Shown: positions 1-12,149, numbered from the stretch's first letter. The stretch: DNA of 64,000 nucleotides from Octopus sinensis (GCF_006345805.1 NC_043016.1:1488001-1552000); one strand, 5' to 3'. Program-made: numbers and translations. Notes: generated by a model not told the origin, from the letters alone.

Positions 1-69
1 TATATGTGTGTATATGTGTAAATACATACATTTACGTATATATATAAAGACATATATTTGTGTGTGTGT

Positions 70-265
70 ATGCCTTTGTGTCTGAGTCTGTGTCTGTCCC
101 CCATCCACCGTTTGACAACCGGTATAAGTGTGTTTACGTCCCAGTGCCTTATCGGTAGAATAAGTATCGGGCTTACTAAAAAATAAGTCATAAATTCAAC
201 TTGTTCAGCTAAAACCCTTCAAGGCGGTGCTCCAGCATGGCTGCAGTGAAATAGCTGAATCATGT
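70..265 (+). mobile_element. SINE family 1, diverged 3' portion
   Basis: Contains tgacaaccgg..tgtttacgtccc..gatagaataagta..aaggcggtgctccagcatggctgcagt, matching the 3' half of the fuller copies at 16343, 21801 and 23739 (reverse strand). Confidence 0.8.
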
Positions 266-272
266 GAAAAAT

Positions 273-294
273 GATATATATATATCTTTTATCT

Positions 295-360
<66 letters not shown>

Positions 361-465
361 TATATATATATAGATATATCTGTGTGTATATGTATGTATA
401 TATATCTGTATGTATGTATGTATATATATATATATATATGCATACATACATATATATATATACAC
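273..465. repeat. (TA)n/(TATG)n microsatellite, representative of dozens in the window
   Basis: Direct inspection. These tracts produce the [12 protein letters not shown] pseudo-ORFs. Confidence 0.97.
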
Positions 466-936
466 ACGGATCAGATCATTAACAGATGAACCATACACTT
501 TGATTCTCATATATAAATTTACACGTTCACCCTTATGTATAGATGTAAACATTTACCCAATACACACAAGTGCAACAGCACCAGCACACATAACCTCAAA
601 CGTAGTCATTCGTGTTGGTAATTCATACAAGTGGTTACGATTCACTAAGCCAATGAAAGAGATATTTATTTATGTCAATGTTACTATGGGAACTTCTTAG
701 AAGCCAGCTTTCCCTTAGATATTTGTATAAATTCATATTGACTTCATTAAGTGCAGCGCAGTGATAAATACATGTGATTTGTCTGTATCACACTACAACA
801 CGCAACACATGGCCACATACAATCAAGCAACAGACTAGATTCACCTAACAACAAACAATACATAACAAGGGAAAGCACAACCGACCACACATAGCACCAC
901 TACACACACACACGTACATAAGTTTTTTACATATGA

Positions 937-1100
937 AGGTGCAGCCGTGGTTGTGTGGTAAGAATCATACTCCCCAGCCGTATTGTTCCGGGTTCAGTTC
1001 CAATGCGAGACACCGTGGGCAAATATTTTCACCTAAAACCCAGGACCAACTTAAGCCTCATTAGTGGATTTGGTACACGGAAATTGAAAGAAGCTCATCT
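937..1100 (+). mobile_element. SINE family 1, diverged tRNA-like head and central domain
   Basis: gtggttgtgtggtaag (A-box-like), gggttcagttcc (B-box-like), then gtggatttggtacacggaaattgaaagaagc as in the other copies. Confidence 0.75.
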
Positions 1101-1136
1101 TATATATATATATATATATATAATATATATATATAT

Positions 1137-1188
<52 letters not shown>

Positions 1189-1383
1189 TGTGCATGTGTG
1201 TATGTGTGTGTATGTAGTGATGGCTTGTTGCCAACTTAATATGGCAGTACCAGGAAAGGGAAGGATGCTACTGCTATTTAGCTCCAAGAAACACCGTTTC
1301 CCCTTGGCTACACAAAACAAGCATTCTGTGTCCTTAAATTTTCAAACAGGGGAGATAAGCACATCCACCTAATAAAGCCAGCA

Positions 1384-1426
1384 CCCGGAGACTAGTTTCA
1401 GAGTAAATGATCTTCTTCAGTCTGGA
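1384..1426 (-). ncRNA. Minimal type I hammerhead ribozyme
   Basis: Minus strand reads tccaga-CTGAAGA-aga(tcatttac)tct-GAAA-ctag-TC-tccggg. Full core, 3-bp stem II, palindromic ACTAGT stem III, GUC triplet, stem I with one mismatch. Confidence 0.75.
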
Positions 1427-1446
1427 GTAGCTTGTTTTTGCTAGCT

Positions 1447-3278
1447 TTTTTTTCTTTATTATAAGCATATAGCTCTTACAGAGAAGGGACGAACAACGAC
1501 AGACAACACAATACAGTGGGGTACATAATACGAAAATCGAATGAATATGAATATAGTGATATAATGAAAAAAATGAAATGTCTTATTTGTGCCCCACACG
1601 CAAACAGTTTCCTTTAACTGCTTATGCAATTCATGTCCGTGTACAGTATATGTTTCTTTTTTTAAAAAAATCACATTACAATTTAGCAATTTTACTTACT
1701 TTTATATTCATCGACAACGTATTGCACAATGTCCTCGAATGTCACCACTGGTGGCAGCTCGTTACATCGAAATCACAGATTCGTCAATTTAATCCGCTCA
1801 CCGAACAATTCTTCCAATTTATCCGCTCTGTTACTTTCCAGCAAAACCGCTGTCATCCTATGTATATTCTCTTCCCGTTATCTTAACTCTTATGACATTT
1901 TTCATCTTCGTAATCCTCTTCTCTATCTCTATACTTTTCTTGTATTTCACCATCTTCCTCATATTTCTTCTTTGCGGTACCTCTTCCCACTTTCCATCTC
2001 CACTCCCTCCCGTTTTTTCCTGGTATTTGTGTGTCCATCTTACTGCCACTCCTCGTTGTTGCTTCCTTTCCTTTCTGCACACTTTCTTTTTCATTTGTTC
2101 TCGCTTCTACAACTTTCTTTTTACTCCTTCTACACCCTGTATCAACATCTCCAAATTGTCTTTTCTCTTTGTTTGCGAGCTTTTTGGAGGCGATAATGCA
2201 TTTTCCTCCCTCTTTTTCATTCTCTTTCCGACTGGGTGTTTCGCTTCTACTGCTTCCATCACTTCCTTTATCTGGCCTTGCACCACAACACCTTACTTCC
2301 ACTCCTCCTGCTGCTGCTCCTGTTCTTCCTCCTGTTCCACTTCTTGTTTCTGGAACACCTCGCTTGCATGTGTTCCAGTGGTGGCAGATGGGAGGTCTTT
2401 TCTACCAATCATAGTTTGACGTCGTCCGGTAACACATTCTCATTAAAAAATTTATGTAGATCTGGGACGTTGATTTGGACCGTCACCTCAAGGCCGTATC
2501 CAAACCAGCTCACCTCCGTTGTTCTCGTGACCTTCAGGACATTGGTTTCCTCCTCGGTGTAGAAGAGGATAGCCGTCACCAGTCACGTTTCATCAATTTC
2601 TGGGGCACTCTGCCAATCCTAATTCTAGCCGCACGTTTGCCACAATAGGTTGGCAGTAGTGCCCACTCATCCGACCTTAATCACACAGTGGAGCACTTTA
2701 CTGCATCTTGTTCGGTTGCAAACAGTGCCTCCACTTTGCTGTACTTCTTGCCACTGGTGTAATACGTCGTAAGGTGTTTCACCTCCTTGAGGCACTCATC
2801 CATTTCTTTAATGCTTGCTAATTCAACCTTTCTGCTGCTGTTTTTTTTTTCGCTGTTTCTTCCAATATTTCTTTTGGAGGGGTCAGTCTCAGGCTGTTTC
2901 CTTCTTTAGCAATTAGCTCGTTAGCTTTTTTAATTCTTCTTTCGTCGAACTTGACTTCCTTGACCTGCACCAGGTCGCCATTTATACCCCTTCTTACTGC
3001 TGTAGCATAGCTAACGGCTGTTGAGTATCCATAACTTCGTTGCTCATAAAAGTTTTCAGAAATTGTCTTCAGAAATTCACAATTCAATAAATAATTTGCA
3101 GAAATTTTCTACCCCGTAGGGCGAAAATTACAGTTTTCCACAGGACAACAGTTCAAATTTCAATAAAATTTTCAATACAAATATAACACAATTCACAATA
3201 ACAGAACAGGAAACGAGCTCACATACCGCAGGTAACAACTGAAAACAACACCGTGTCGTAGAGAAAAAAGGTGTGGCC
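1447..3278 (-). mobile_element. ORF1-only Tx1/L1-like non-autonomous retroelement (element B) with 9-bp target-site duplication
   Basis: Flanked by identical ttgctagct at 1438-1446 and 3279-3287. The 3' end is AATAAAG followed by an A-run. It carries a frameshifted ORF1 with a decayed zinc knuckle and no ORF2. Confidence 0.65.
1695..3087 (-). pseudogene. Disrupted gag-like ORF1 of element B
   Basis: ORF fragments 2818-3087, 1883-2302 and 1858-2094 join across frameshifts. Manual translation gives ..RIRIGRVPPEIDE.. (compare RITIKNVPPEIPN at 51310) and an eroded RPPICHH..HMQARC knuckle near 2360-2400. Confidence 0.65.
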
Positions 3279-3287
3279 TTGCTAGCT

Positions 3288-5343
3288 GAATTTTTTATTA
3301 CGTTTCTAAAAATCTTGCACAGATGGGGATATTACAAGACATTACTAATACATAAAGATGTTATGATGAGATCATATCTACATTTTAAAAATTTGAATTT
3401 CAGCTTTATACAATTTAATTTTGACTTGTTTTTAAAACTTTTCCTTTTTAAAACCAAGGGAACGCACCTGGCAGCCTGTAAGGCTCAGCAACAATCTATT
3501 TCTTCCTTCGTTGATGATTAAGCTGGTTTACTAACACCCACCTTTCTCATCCCATCCTTCCATCGTTTTTCATACACGCTTCGCGACAGGGTTTTCCTCA
3601 CCAACCCCATCTTGCTCTTCAGATGGTACCTGACATAAGTTAGCAACCCGGGGCCAGAGATGAAGGACCCTCTCTACGATACCTTCCAATCTAGATCTCC
3701 ATACGTACTCTTTCAATATTGTAACCGTAGAGAGAAAACACGGAGTTCTGTTGGCGGTACCATATTTATTATAGATCCATCCGATAGCCATACTTTTCCC
3801 AGATGCGACAAGACGTGTTCTACGTAATTTATCAAGCTTGACAGCTCCGGACATTGTACAAAAGCGTGCTGAACTGTTTCGTCGTCCAGCCCACATCTTG
3901 GACATGTCGGTGGCACTGACATTCCGTGCCTGTATAACTTATCGCGAACAGGTAGAGTATTCCTGTATACAGCCAGGCCAGGGACTTTTGGTAATTATAC
4001 AAATATCCTGGCCTGACAGTCCCACGAAACATGTTGGCGAGTTGGTTCTCGTCGAAGGACTGCTTACTTACATGTGGACTGCTAATTTACATGTGTCACA
4101 TCTAGGACGACCAGCCTACTTTCTGGGTCTAGAAAGACAGTACTTACTTGTAAGTCCAAGCTCTTCCTGATAAAGATTGCCACGCCCCCTCCTCTTCCTC
4201 GGCTAGGAGAAATAAATTTCTCGTAACCATTCAGAAGAGGCGAGAACGCTTGAGGTCTGCTCATCTTGGACTCGGTTGCAATAGCCACATCTACTCCTTG
4301 TGTCCTAAGGCAATCCAGGAAACAATCCTGATTCCATTTCGACCCCATTCCACGCACATTCGCACAGTTTAATTTAATCATCGATGGAAGAAAAATGTTT
4401 TACTTGCGGTTGAGAAAGGGAACATGACAGTTTATGTTTGCTTGCTTCCTCCACACTCCCCGTAGCTGCTGGGTTTTTCACCGGCGTTGCCACCAGGCCC
4501 TAGGTTGGTGTGGCTGCCGGACTAATAAGTAGTTTACCCGCTATCACCTCTTCGGTAACGTCTTTTGTGGTATTGTTCTTTAAATGTTCTTGAAGCTTCT
4601 CCATCCATTCTTCGTCTCCAATCTTCGCATAGCGAACGTCAGACTTATTGTCTGCCGTTTTGTGGAAAAGTTTTATTTTGGGTTGTACTTTTATGTACCG
4701 AAAACCTTACCCGTTTTTCTTATGAAAAACAATGATTTTATCATTTTTTAAAAAACATTTTTGCTTGCAGGTGGGGTCAAACTATGTTCCAATTAATGTA
4801 ATGCCAACGGGGTGGGATTGGGGAATTGTTTTGTGCTGTTCGTCTGTAGATATTTTTTGTATGGGGTAGTGTACTTTATTCCAGATAGGTGCCATACATT
4901 TTTCTACTGCTTCATTTTTTACGTCCATTATACGCTTTTCTTTGATGTTGTCGACTTTGTACACAACTGTTTTCGCATTAATGGCTTGTACTGTCTCAAG
5001 GGGCGGCAGCAACTTGATCTACGCTCCACTTTTTTTAAAATTAGATTTCTAAACTTGAATAGCTGATCCAATGTTACTTCAAGTTCTGTAACGTTGCCGC
5101 CATCCGTGGTTGAAAAACTCTGTTTCTTCTTGGTATCCTGCTGGTTCACAGTTTCATTTCCTTTTCCCATCTCGGGAAAATCCTTTTTTGACGAAAGATC
5201 GAATTCCATATCCAGACTTGTCACGAATGACAAGAAAAAGTTTCAGAAAAAATAACCAGTAAAGGTTAAAAATATAAACAGTTCACAAAAATATTTTGAA
5301 TAAAAACTATCAGAAAGTTTCTGCTCTATAGGGCGAAAATTAC
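3288..5343 (-). mobile_element. Internally deleted Tx1/L1-like LINE (element A): ORF1 remnant, APE endonuclease N-terminus fused to the C-terminal zinc-binding domain
   Basis: 4082-4381 MIKLNCANVRG..VAIATESK..GGGVAIFIRK is the APE N-terminus. 3713-3922 CPRCGLDDETVQHAFVQC is the C-terminal CCHC region. No RT lies between them. 3' AATAAAAAA at about 3292-3300. Confidence 0.8.
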
Positions 5344-5344
5344 T

Positions 5345-7416
5345 GTTGTTAGTTCCTTTTCATGGGTTTTAATTAGTGAAGATAGAGTTTAATTAGTGCT
5401 GATATGATCTTTCCCTACCATACTATACATAAACAGACAGTTAACTCAAATTTGAACACTACACAATAGAAGGAACTGATAGAACTTCAAAATGATGAAG
5501 ATATAACCATTAAGGAAGCAGAAAAGGGAAGTGCAGTTGTAATAATGGATACATCATACTATAGAAATCTTGTAATTTCCTTGCTTGATGACAATCAACA
5601 TTATGAAAAAATCACCAACTACACCCCGCAAAAAATAATGAAAACTCTATCTTCACTAATTAAAACCCATGAAAATGAACTAACAACCAAAGAGATTGAC
5701 TTTCTAACAAACTTTAAATGCAAGCCTAGCCTCTTCTATGGTCTACCAAAAATTCATAAAAGCCAAATTATAAGTGAAACCATTAAAAAATCACCAAAGA
5801 CATACATACACACACCTAACCCGGGAGACCTAAAACTACGACCCATTGTAGCTGGCCCAACCTATGAAACACACAGATTAAGTCTATTTATGGACATCCT
5901 CCTGAAACCCTTCCTTAAACATATCGATAGCCATATCAGAGATGACTTGGATATGTTAAACCACCTTCCAAAAAAAGCCAAGGAAGAAACAATCATGGTT
6001 TCATTTGATGTAGTTAATTTATATACCACTATACCTCATAATTATGGACTAGAGACAATACAGTTCTGACTGGACCAATTTCCGGCAGAAATACCAAAAA
6101 GGATCAGTAAAGATTTCATTACTAAATCGGTTGAATTCATCCTACATAATAACCCCTTCATGTTTGACAATACATTTTACCGTAAAAAATCCGGAATTGC
6201 TATGGGTACAAGGGCAGCACCAGTCATTGCGAACCTAACATTGGGCTACCTAGAAGTAATTATTTACCAGGAATCTTTATCAACCTTTGGAAACCCCCTC
6301 TCTCAATACATAAAAGAGAATTGGAAACGATTCCTGGGCGATTGTTTTATACTCTGGAATGAAAACACAGATAAACTCCTAAAATTCAAAAACCTATTGA
6401 ACAGCATCAACCCAAATATACAGTTCACAATGGAATACAACCAAAAGGAGCTTCCATTCTTAGATATACTAATTTAAAAAATTAACCTTAAAATAGAAAC
6501 AGACATTTTTTACAAAGCCACAGACGCCAAACAATACCTACTTTTTGATTCATGCCACCCAAGACACACTAAAACAAACATCCCTTTCAACCTTGCAAGA
6601 AGGATATGCACAATAGTGTCAGAACAAAATTCCAGGAACTTTAGACTACAAGAACTCAAAAACACTCTAATTGACAGACACTACCCAGCTCAACTCATAG
6701 AGGATGGGATCAGACGTGCAACAGAAATCGACATAGAAACTTTGAGAAAAGTTTAACACAACACACCTTCCCCGAAAATACTGCCTTACATATCCACATA
6801 CGACCCCAGAAACAAAGAAGCCTTCATCATCATCACCCAGAATTTACCAATACTTCATAAGGACCCCAAATTAAAGGAAATTCTAAACATACATAAAATC
6901 ATTAAAAGCTACAAACAACCTAAATCACTTAAAAAGATTCTCACAAAGGCAAAATTGCTTTCTGAAATTACGGATGCAAAAGTAAAAAAATGTGGTAGAC
7001 TAAACTGTGCAACATGCCCAATCCTTCTAGAAGGATCAAAATTCCTCTTCAAAGAGGAACAAAAATTCAAGATCAAATCTAATTTTACTTGTGCCTCTGA
7101 AAACATAATTTATGTCATAAGATGCTCGGGCTGCCACCAAAACTACGTGGGGTCCACGGGACTATCACTCAGACGTAGATGCACACTGCATCGACAACAG
7201 ATTGCATTCCCAGAATACAGAATGATACCCTTTAGTGAGCATATTGAGAAATGCGCAAAGCAACTACTACCACAATTTTTAATCTTTCCATTTTATCAAT
7301 GTGCTATTGGAACACCAACACAAATTAGACTAAACAAGGAAACATTCTTCATTGAAAAATACAAGCCCAAACTTAACCACTCTAACATTCTTATACAGAG
7401 AAACTCACTCCATTAA
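5345..7416 (+). mobile_element. Penelope-like element, 5'-truncated: RT plus GIY-YIG endonuclease, with stops and frameshifts
   Basis: YGLPKIHK, LRPIVAG, FDVVNLYTTIP, GIAMGT, RFLGDCF (decayed catalytic motif). 6955-7416 has CGRLNCATC..NIIYVIRCSGCHQNYVGSTG. 5345-5390 is an inverted copy of 5642-5687. Confidence 0.93.
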
Positions 7417-7740
7417 GTTAAAAATGGCAAGAAATATAAAGCGATTATCTCCCTTACACCGGAAGAAATCACTTATTACCTCCCTTTACCAGGAACTATT
7501 TTTAACACTTCCTAACGAAATCATAACACAATGTTTTGAAAAATTTGAAAAGTTAACACGAAACCGGTATTTTTCTTCAAAAACTATGTCAATGTATGAT
7601 AAAAATTTATAACATTCTTCTGACATAATGACTCAAATATATATTTTTTAACCTTTTAAAACAAGCCTTCTGTAGTTTTTTCACTTTTTTTCTATTTTCT
7701 ATATATTCAACCACGTGCTTTCACACACCAACTTTCTCAG

Positions 7741-7778
<38 letters not shown>

Positions 7779-7862
7779 ATTCGAGACAAAACCACTATTT
7801 TAAAACCAAACAAGGAAAGACTTAATCAATACATAAAATTTTAATATAAATTAAATAAACCG

Positions 7863-7906
7863 CCACTACAAATGTTTCATGTCTGCTACCGACAATCTTC
7901 AGGTGG
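7863..7906 (-). ncRNA. Type I hammerhead ribozyme (left palindrome arm)
   Basis: Exact reverse complement of 7963-8006. Confidence 0.78.
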
Positions 7907-7962
7907 ATTTTCGATCTTCTAATCAGTATCAAAATTTGATACTGATTAGAAGATCGAAAATC

Positions 7963-8006
7963 CACCTGAAGATTGTCGGTAGCAGACATGAAACATTTGT
8001 AGTGGC
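7963..8006 (+). ncRNA. Type I hammerhead ribozyme (right palindrome arm)
   Basis: ccac-CTGAAGA-t-tgtc(ggtagca)gaca-t-GAAA-catttg-TA-gtgg. Stem I ccac/gtgg, stem II tgtc/gaca closed by U.U, near-palindromic stem III, GUA triplet. Confidence 0.78.
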
Positions 8007-8179
8007 GGTTTATTTAATTTATATTAAAATTTTATGTATGATTAAGTATTTCCTTGTTTGGTTTTAAAATAGTGGTTTTGTCTCGAATTATATTATATAA
8101 TATTTTACTATAAAATTGGATTTAACCCTAAATCTGATTTTTCCCTGTAATTTTGGATTCATTCCCTAATATTTATTAT

Positions 8180-8230
<51 letters not shown>

Positions 8231-8259
8231 TGAGAAAGCTGGTGTGTGAAAGCACGTGG

Positions 8260-8289
<30 letters not shown>

Positions 8290-8290
<1 letters not shown>

Positions 8291-9410
8291 AGTTAAGCTT
8301 AGTTGGAAATGGGTGCATGGCGTTCAATCATAATAATATAAATAAAATTTACACATATATATATATATATATACACATATATAGAGATAAATATACACAT
8401 ATGTACTTATATATATGTATTTATGCATATGTATATATATATATATATGTATGTATATATGATAGAAATAATATATAAATATATGCATATATACATACAT
8501 ATATGTACATACCAACATATACATATGTATATATATATACATGTATATATGGGTACAGGACATTAAAAAAAACATATACTAAATGAAAAACGAGTACATA
8601 GAAAACAAAAGCATGGAAAACGAACTTTTTTCGAACAACGGAAAAAACAAACGAACAGAGAAACGAGAAATGCAACATAAAGAACATTTCCTTCATCAGT
8701 TGTCCCCTGTTTTATGTACTCCGCGTTTCGAAGGTAAGGACAAGACGCGACTTCGTTAAGACAGTCCTTCCCGCAAAGCAAATTAGATAAAACTTGGGAT
8801 TTTTTTGAGGGTTAAAGTGGTAACAAAAACAGGACAGTGAGAACAAAACAGTAAAAAGTGAGGGCTGTTAAGCCAAGGCGATGTGAAGTGATGTAAGCTG
8901 GAAAATTGGTTTTGAGAAGAGACATATAAAAGCACGTCTTGTCTTTAGGAAGGAAGTGGAAGAAAGAAAGATGGATGGCCGTTGGTCACGTGTAAGCAAC
9001 GGGAGAGTCACGGAGGAAGTGTAGGAGAAGGAGAGGGAGGTGATGGTGGAGGAGATAGAAGAATAGGGAAAGAGTGAGAGAGAAAAACAGAAAGGAAGAA
9101 GAAGAAAGGGGGTAGTTTGACCGACAAGAAATAGAATAAGGGTGCACGTCGTAATTATTAAGATGAAACTAACTTGGAAAAGGATTCGTGGCGTTGATCA
9201 TATAATAATATAAATATATAAATATATGCATATATACATGCATATATGTACATACCTACATATATATGTATATATACATGCATATATGCGTACAGGACAT
9301 AAAAAACGCAGACAAACTGAGAAATGAGAACATAAAAAAACCAAACCAAACGAACTGCTTTTACAACAACGAAAAACCAAACAAACAGAGAAACGAGACG
9401 TGATCGCCAT
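8290..9410 (+). repeat. Interspersed and tandem repeat family of about 870-bp unit (1.3 copies), unclassified
   Basis: The motif ttgga(a)aa.gg.tgc.tggcgtt..atcat..ataatat recurs at about 8300 and 9175. Related copies lie on the opposite strand at 21425-21760, 22345-23740 and 60900-61560. Confidence 0.75.
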
Positions 9411-10077
9411 GATTGTCTGCTAGTTACTAAAGCTTCTTTTTTTATTCTCTCTCTGTTTATTTTCTCGTGTTCCTTTCTGTTGAAGAGTGTGGGCTCGAAA
9501 CGTAAAAGACTTTCTCACCTTCCCTAGCATTATACTAATACAACTGTTTGTTGTTTACACACCTATCTTCGTCTTTTGTTTTTTGTAAATTCCAACTAGG
9601 CCTCTTGATCAGGACAGATTTGTGAAATTTATCGCAAAAACTTTCGTTCGGTATATTTTACTTTTTTAATTAATCACATGTCTGTTCGACCGATTCACAT
9701 GAATTTATTCATTAAAACTTAGAACTTGTGTCGCTGCTTCTGATTAGGTAAAATTGATTAAAATTTAAACCTGAGTTACATTTTCCTGCAATGTTTCCGG
9801 AACAAGTAAATAACAAAATCAGGTTTACCATGGAAAAATATTTCAATATACCAAATTTGAAAACTTTGACATAACTTTAAAATTTCATATGTGACACAAC
9901 AGGCACACACGCGCACACACACACACACACATACACACACACACACACACACACAGAGGTAATCACGCGTTTAAAATGGTGTATAGTAGACATGCATGTA
10001 TGTACGTATGTGCGTATGTATGTATGTATGTATGTATGTATGTATGTATGTATGTATGTATGTATGTATGTATGTAT

Positions 10078-11605
10078 GTCGTGGAGTAAGAAGGCTGACG
10101 AGATACAAGCGGCATCAGATTCCATTAACACAAAGCTGTTGTATGGTCTCTTGCGAGAAGTTTATGGACCATCGTCTTCTCTGATGACACCAATTCAAGG
10201 CAGGGATGGTAAAGAACTTCTTCGTGATAAGGAAACTGCAGATACGGTGTTTACGTCCATTATCCAACCTGTGACAGCATATTTAATATCAGGCGCCTTG
10301 CTGCAAAAAAAAAAGATATTTACCTATATCGTAAGTGACCTTTTGTATGCTGATGATTGTGAGCTAGTAGCACACACAGAGATTGATATGCAACACATTT
10401 TGAATGCATTCTTTGATGCTTGCACTGCCTTAGGATTGACAGTCAATCTCAAGAAAGCTGTTGTCATGCATCAACCTGCCCCTGGTAAGCAGTATAGTGA
10501 ACCAAATATCTATGTGAATGGTAAACGACTTGATGTAGTGGATCAGTTTGTCTACCTGGGAAGCACTATTAATAGATATGGCAATGTGGATGATGAAATT
10601 CCATATAGAATTAGGAAAGCAAGTGTTGCTTTCGGAAGGCTAGAAAAGCGACTCTGGAGTCGGTGAGACATATGCAGAAAGACAAAGATAAAGGTGTCCA
10701 AGGCATGTGTGCTCCCTTCTCTTCTCTATGCCTGCGAGACGTGGGTCACATATCGATACCACCTTAAACAACTGGAACGTTTCCATCAGATGTGCCTCAG
10801 ACGGATCTATGGCATTAAATGGAAGGACCGCATCAGCGATCATGAAATACTCGAAGGCTCTCGGTGTAAAAGTATAGAAGCTCTTGTGTTAAAGCAAAGG
10901 CTCAGATAGAGTGGTCATCTGGTCAGAATGAAGGTTTCAAGGATGCCAAAACAACTCTTTTATGAAGAGTTAGCTAATGGAGAACGACCTCCACATAAAC
11001 CCCAAAAAAGGTATACAGACTTGCTGAAGGCTTCATTAAGAGATGCTTGCATCTCTCCTGACACATGGGAAGGCATAGCTATTGATCGTAGCAGGTGGAG
11101 AAGGATTGTGCATGAGGGGACGGCCACTTCTGAGAAATTTCGAGTTGCACATGAGAAAGTAAGGAGGGATGTCAGGAAGGGTGTCGCTGTTACACTTCCA
11201 GAAGGGAAGGGTCTTCCTTTGATTCTGACATGCAATGTCTGTGCAAGACCCTGTCTCAGTAAAGCTGGACTCGTGAGTCATCTTCGTAGTCATAAAACGA
11301 GACAGATGAGTGACAACTGGCCACTGGTGGTGGTGCAACACACCACAGTAATCATATCTGTCGGGCATGTGGAAGAGAGTGTAATTCGGCAGGAGGACTT
11401 AAATGACATGCAAAGGTACATGAACCCAGTTACAACTACAGCCGGCTATTACCAGTAAAGGTTTTAGTTGCCAATGTTGTACAAGACATTGTAGATCTTT
11501 AGCTGGGCAAAAAAGTCACATTCGATCACAGCACCACAGTAACAGTTAAGCTTCGTGCAATGGCCATACTCGATAACGAGGAGGGCAGCCATAATAATAA
11601 TAATA
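10078..11605 (+). mobile_element. RTE-clade LINE, 5'-truncated and internally deleted, with C-terminal C2H2 fingers
   Basis: DLLYADDC, FVYLGSTI, RIRKASVAFGRL, VLPSLLYACETW, RMPKQLFY. The 3' end ggccatactcgataacgag..cagccat is followed by (AAT)n. Confidence 0.93.
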
Positions 11606-11606
11606 A

Positions 11607-11669
<63 letters not shown>

Positions 11670-11722
11670 CATATATATATATATACATACATACATATAT
11701 ATATACATACATATATATATAA

Positions 11723-11872
<150 letters not shown>

Positions 11873-11890
11873 TATAATATATATATATAT

Positions 11891-11940
<50 letters not shown>

Positions 11941-12149
11941 TGTCTGAATGTATGTATGTTTGTATGTATGTATATATGTATGCATGTGTGTGACCCTTCT
12001 TTGCGATGGCCAGGCCACCTGTGCACAATTGTGGTCAACTTACCCCCTCTTTCCTTAAAGCTCAAACCCAACTTTTTCCCTTCCTCAGCGTTGGAAAAGT
12101 TACTTATGTGTACGTGCATGTGTGTATATATATATGTATGTATATATCT

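Larger units (their letters stand above)
7703..8265. repeat. Near-perfect palindrome centred at about 7934, downstream of the Penelope ORF (inverted pLTR-like)
   Basis: 7771-7933 is the reverse complement of 7935-8096 with few differences. Outer arms at about 7703-7741 and 8228-8265 also match. Confidence 0.93.

Noticed and set aside
1729-2562. Plus-strand hydrophobic ORFs resembling membrane proteins
   Set aside because: They are antisense to the purine-rich ORF1 of element B.
3265-3295. Possible U2 snRNA or tRNA target sequence at the A/B junction
   Set aside because: No convincing match to U2 or a tRNA fold. It is better explained as a TSD.
8690-8760. CTGATGAAGG and CCTTCGAAAC words suggesting a type II hammerhead (also at about 21470 and 61300)
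   Set aside because: Stems I and III cannot be formed in any of the copies inspected.
9472-9512. TTGAAGA-gtgtgggctc-GAAACGTA hammerhead-like string
   Set aside because: U3 is paired with G8, there are extra bases before GAAA, and no adjacent stem I.
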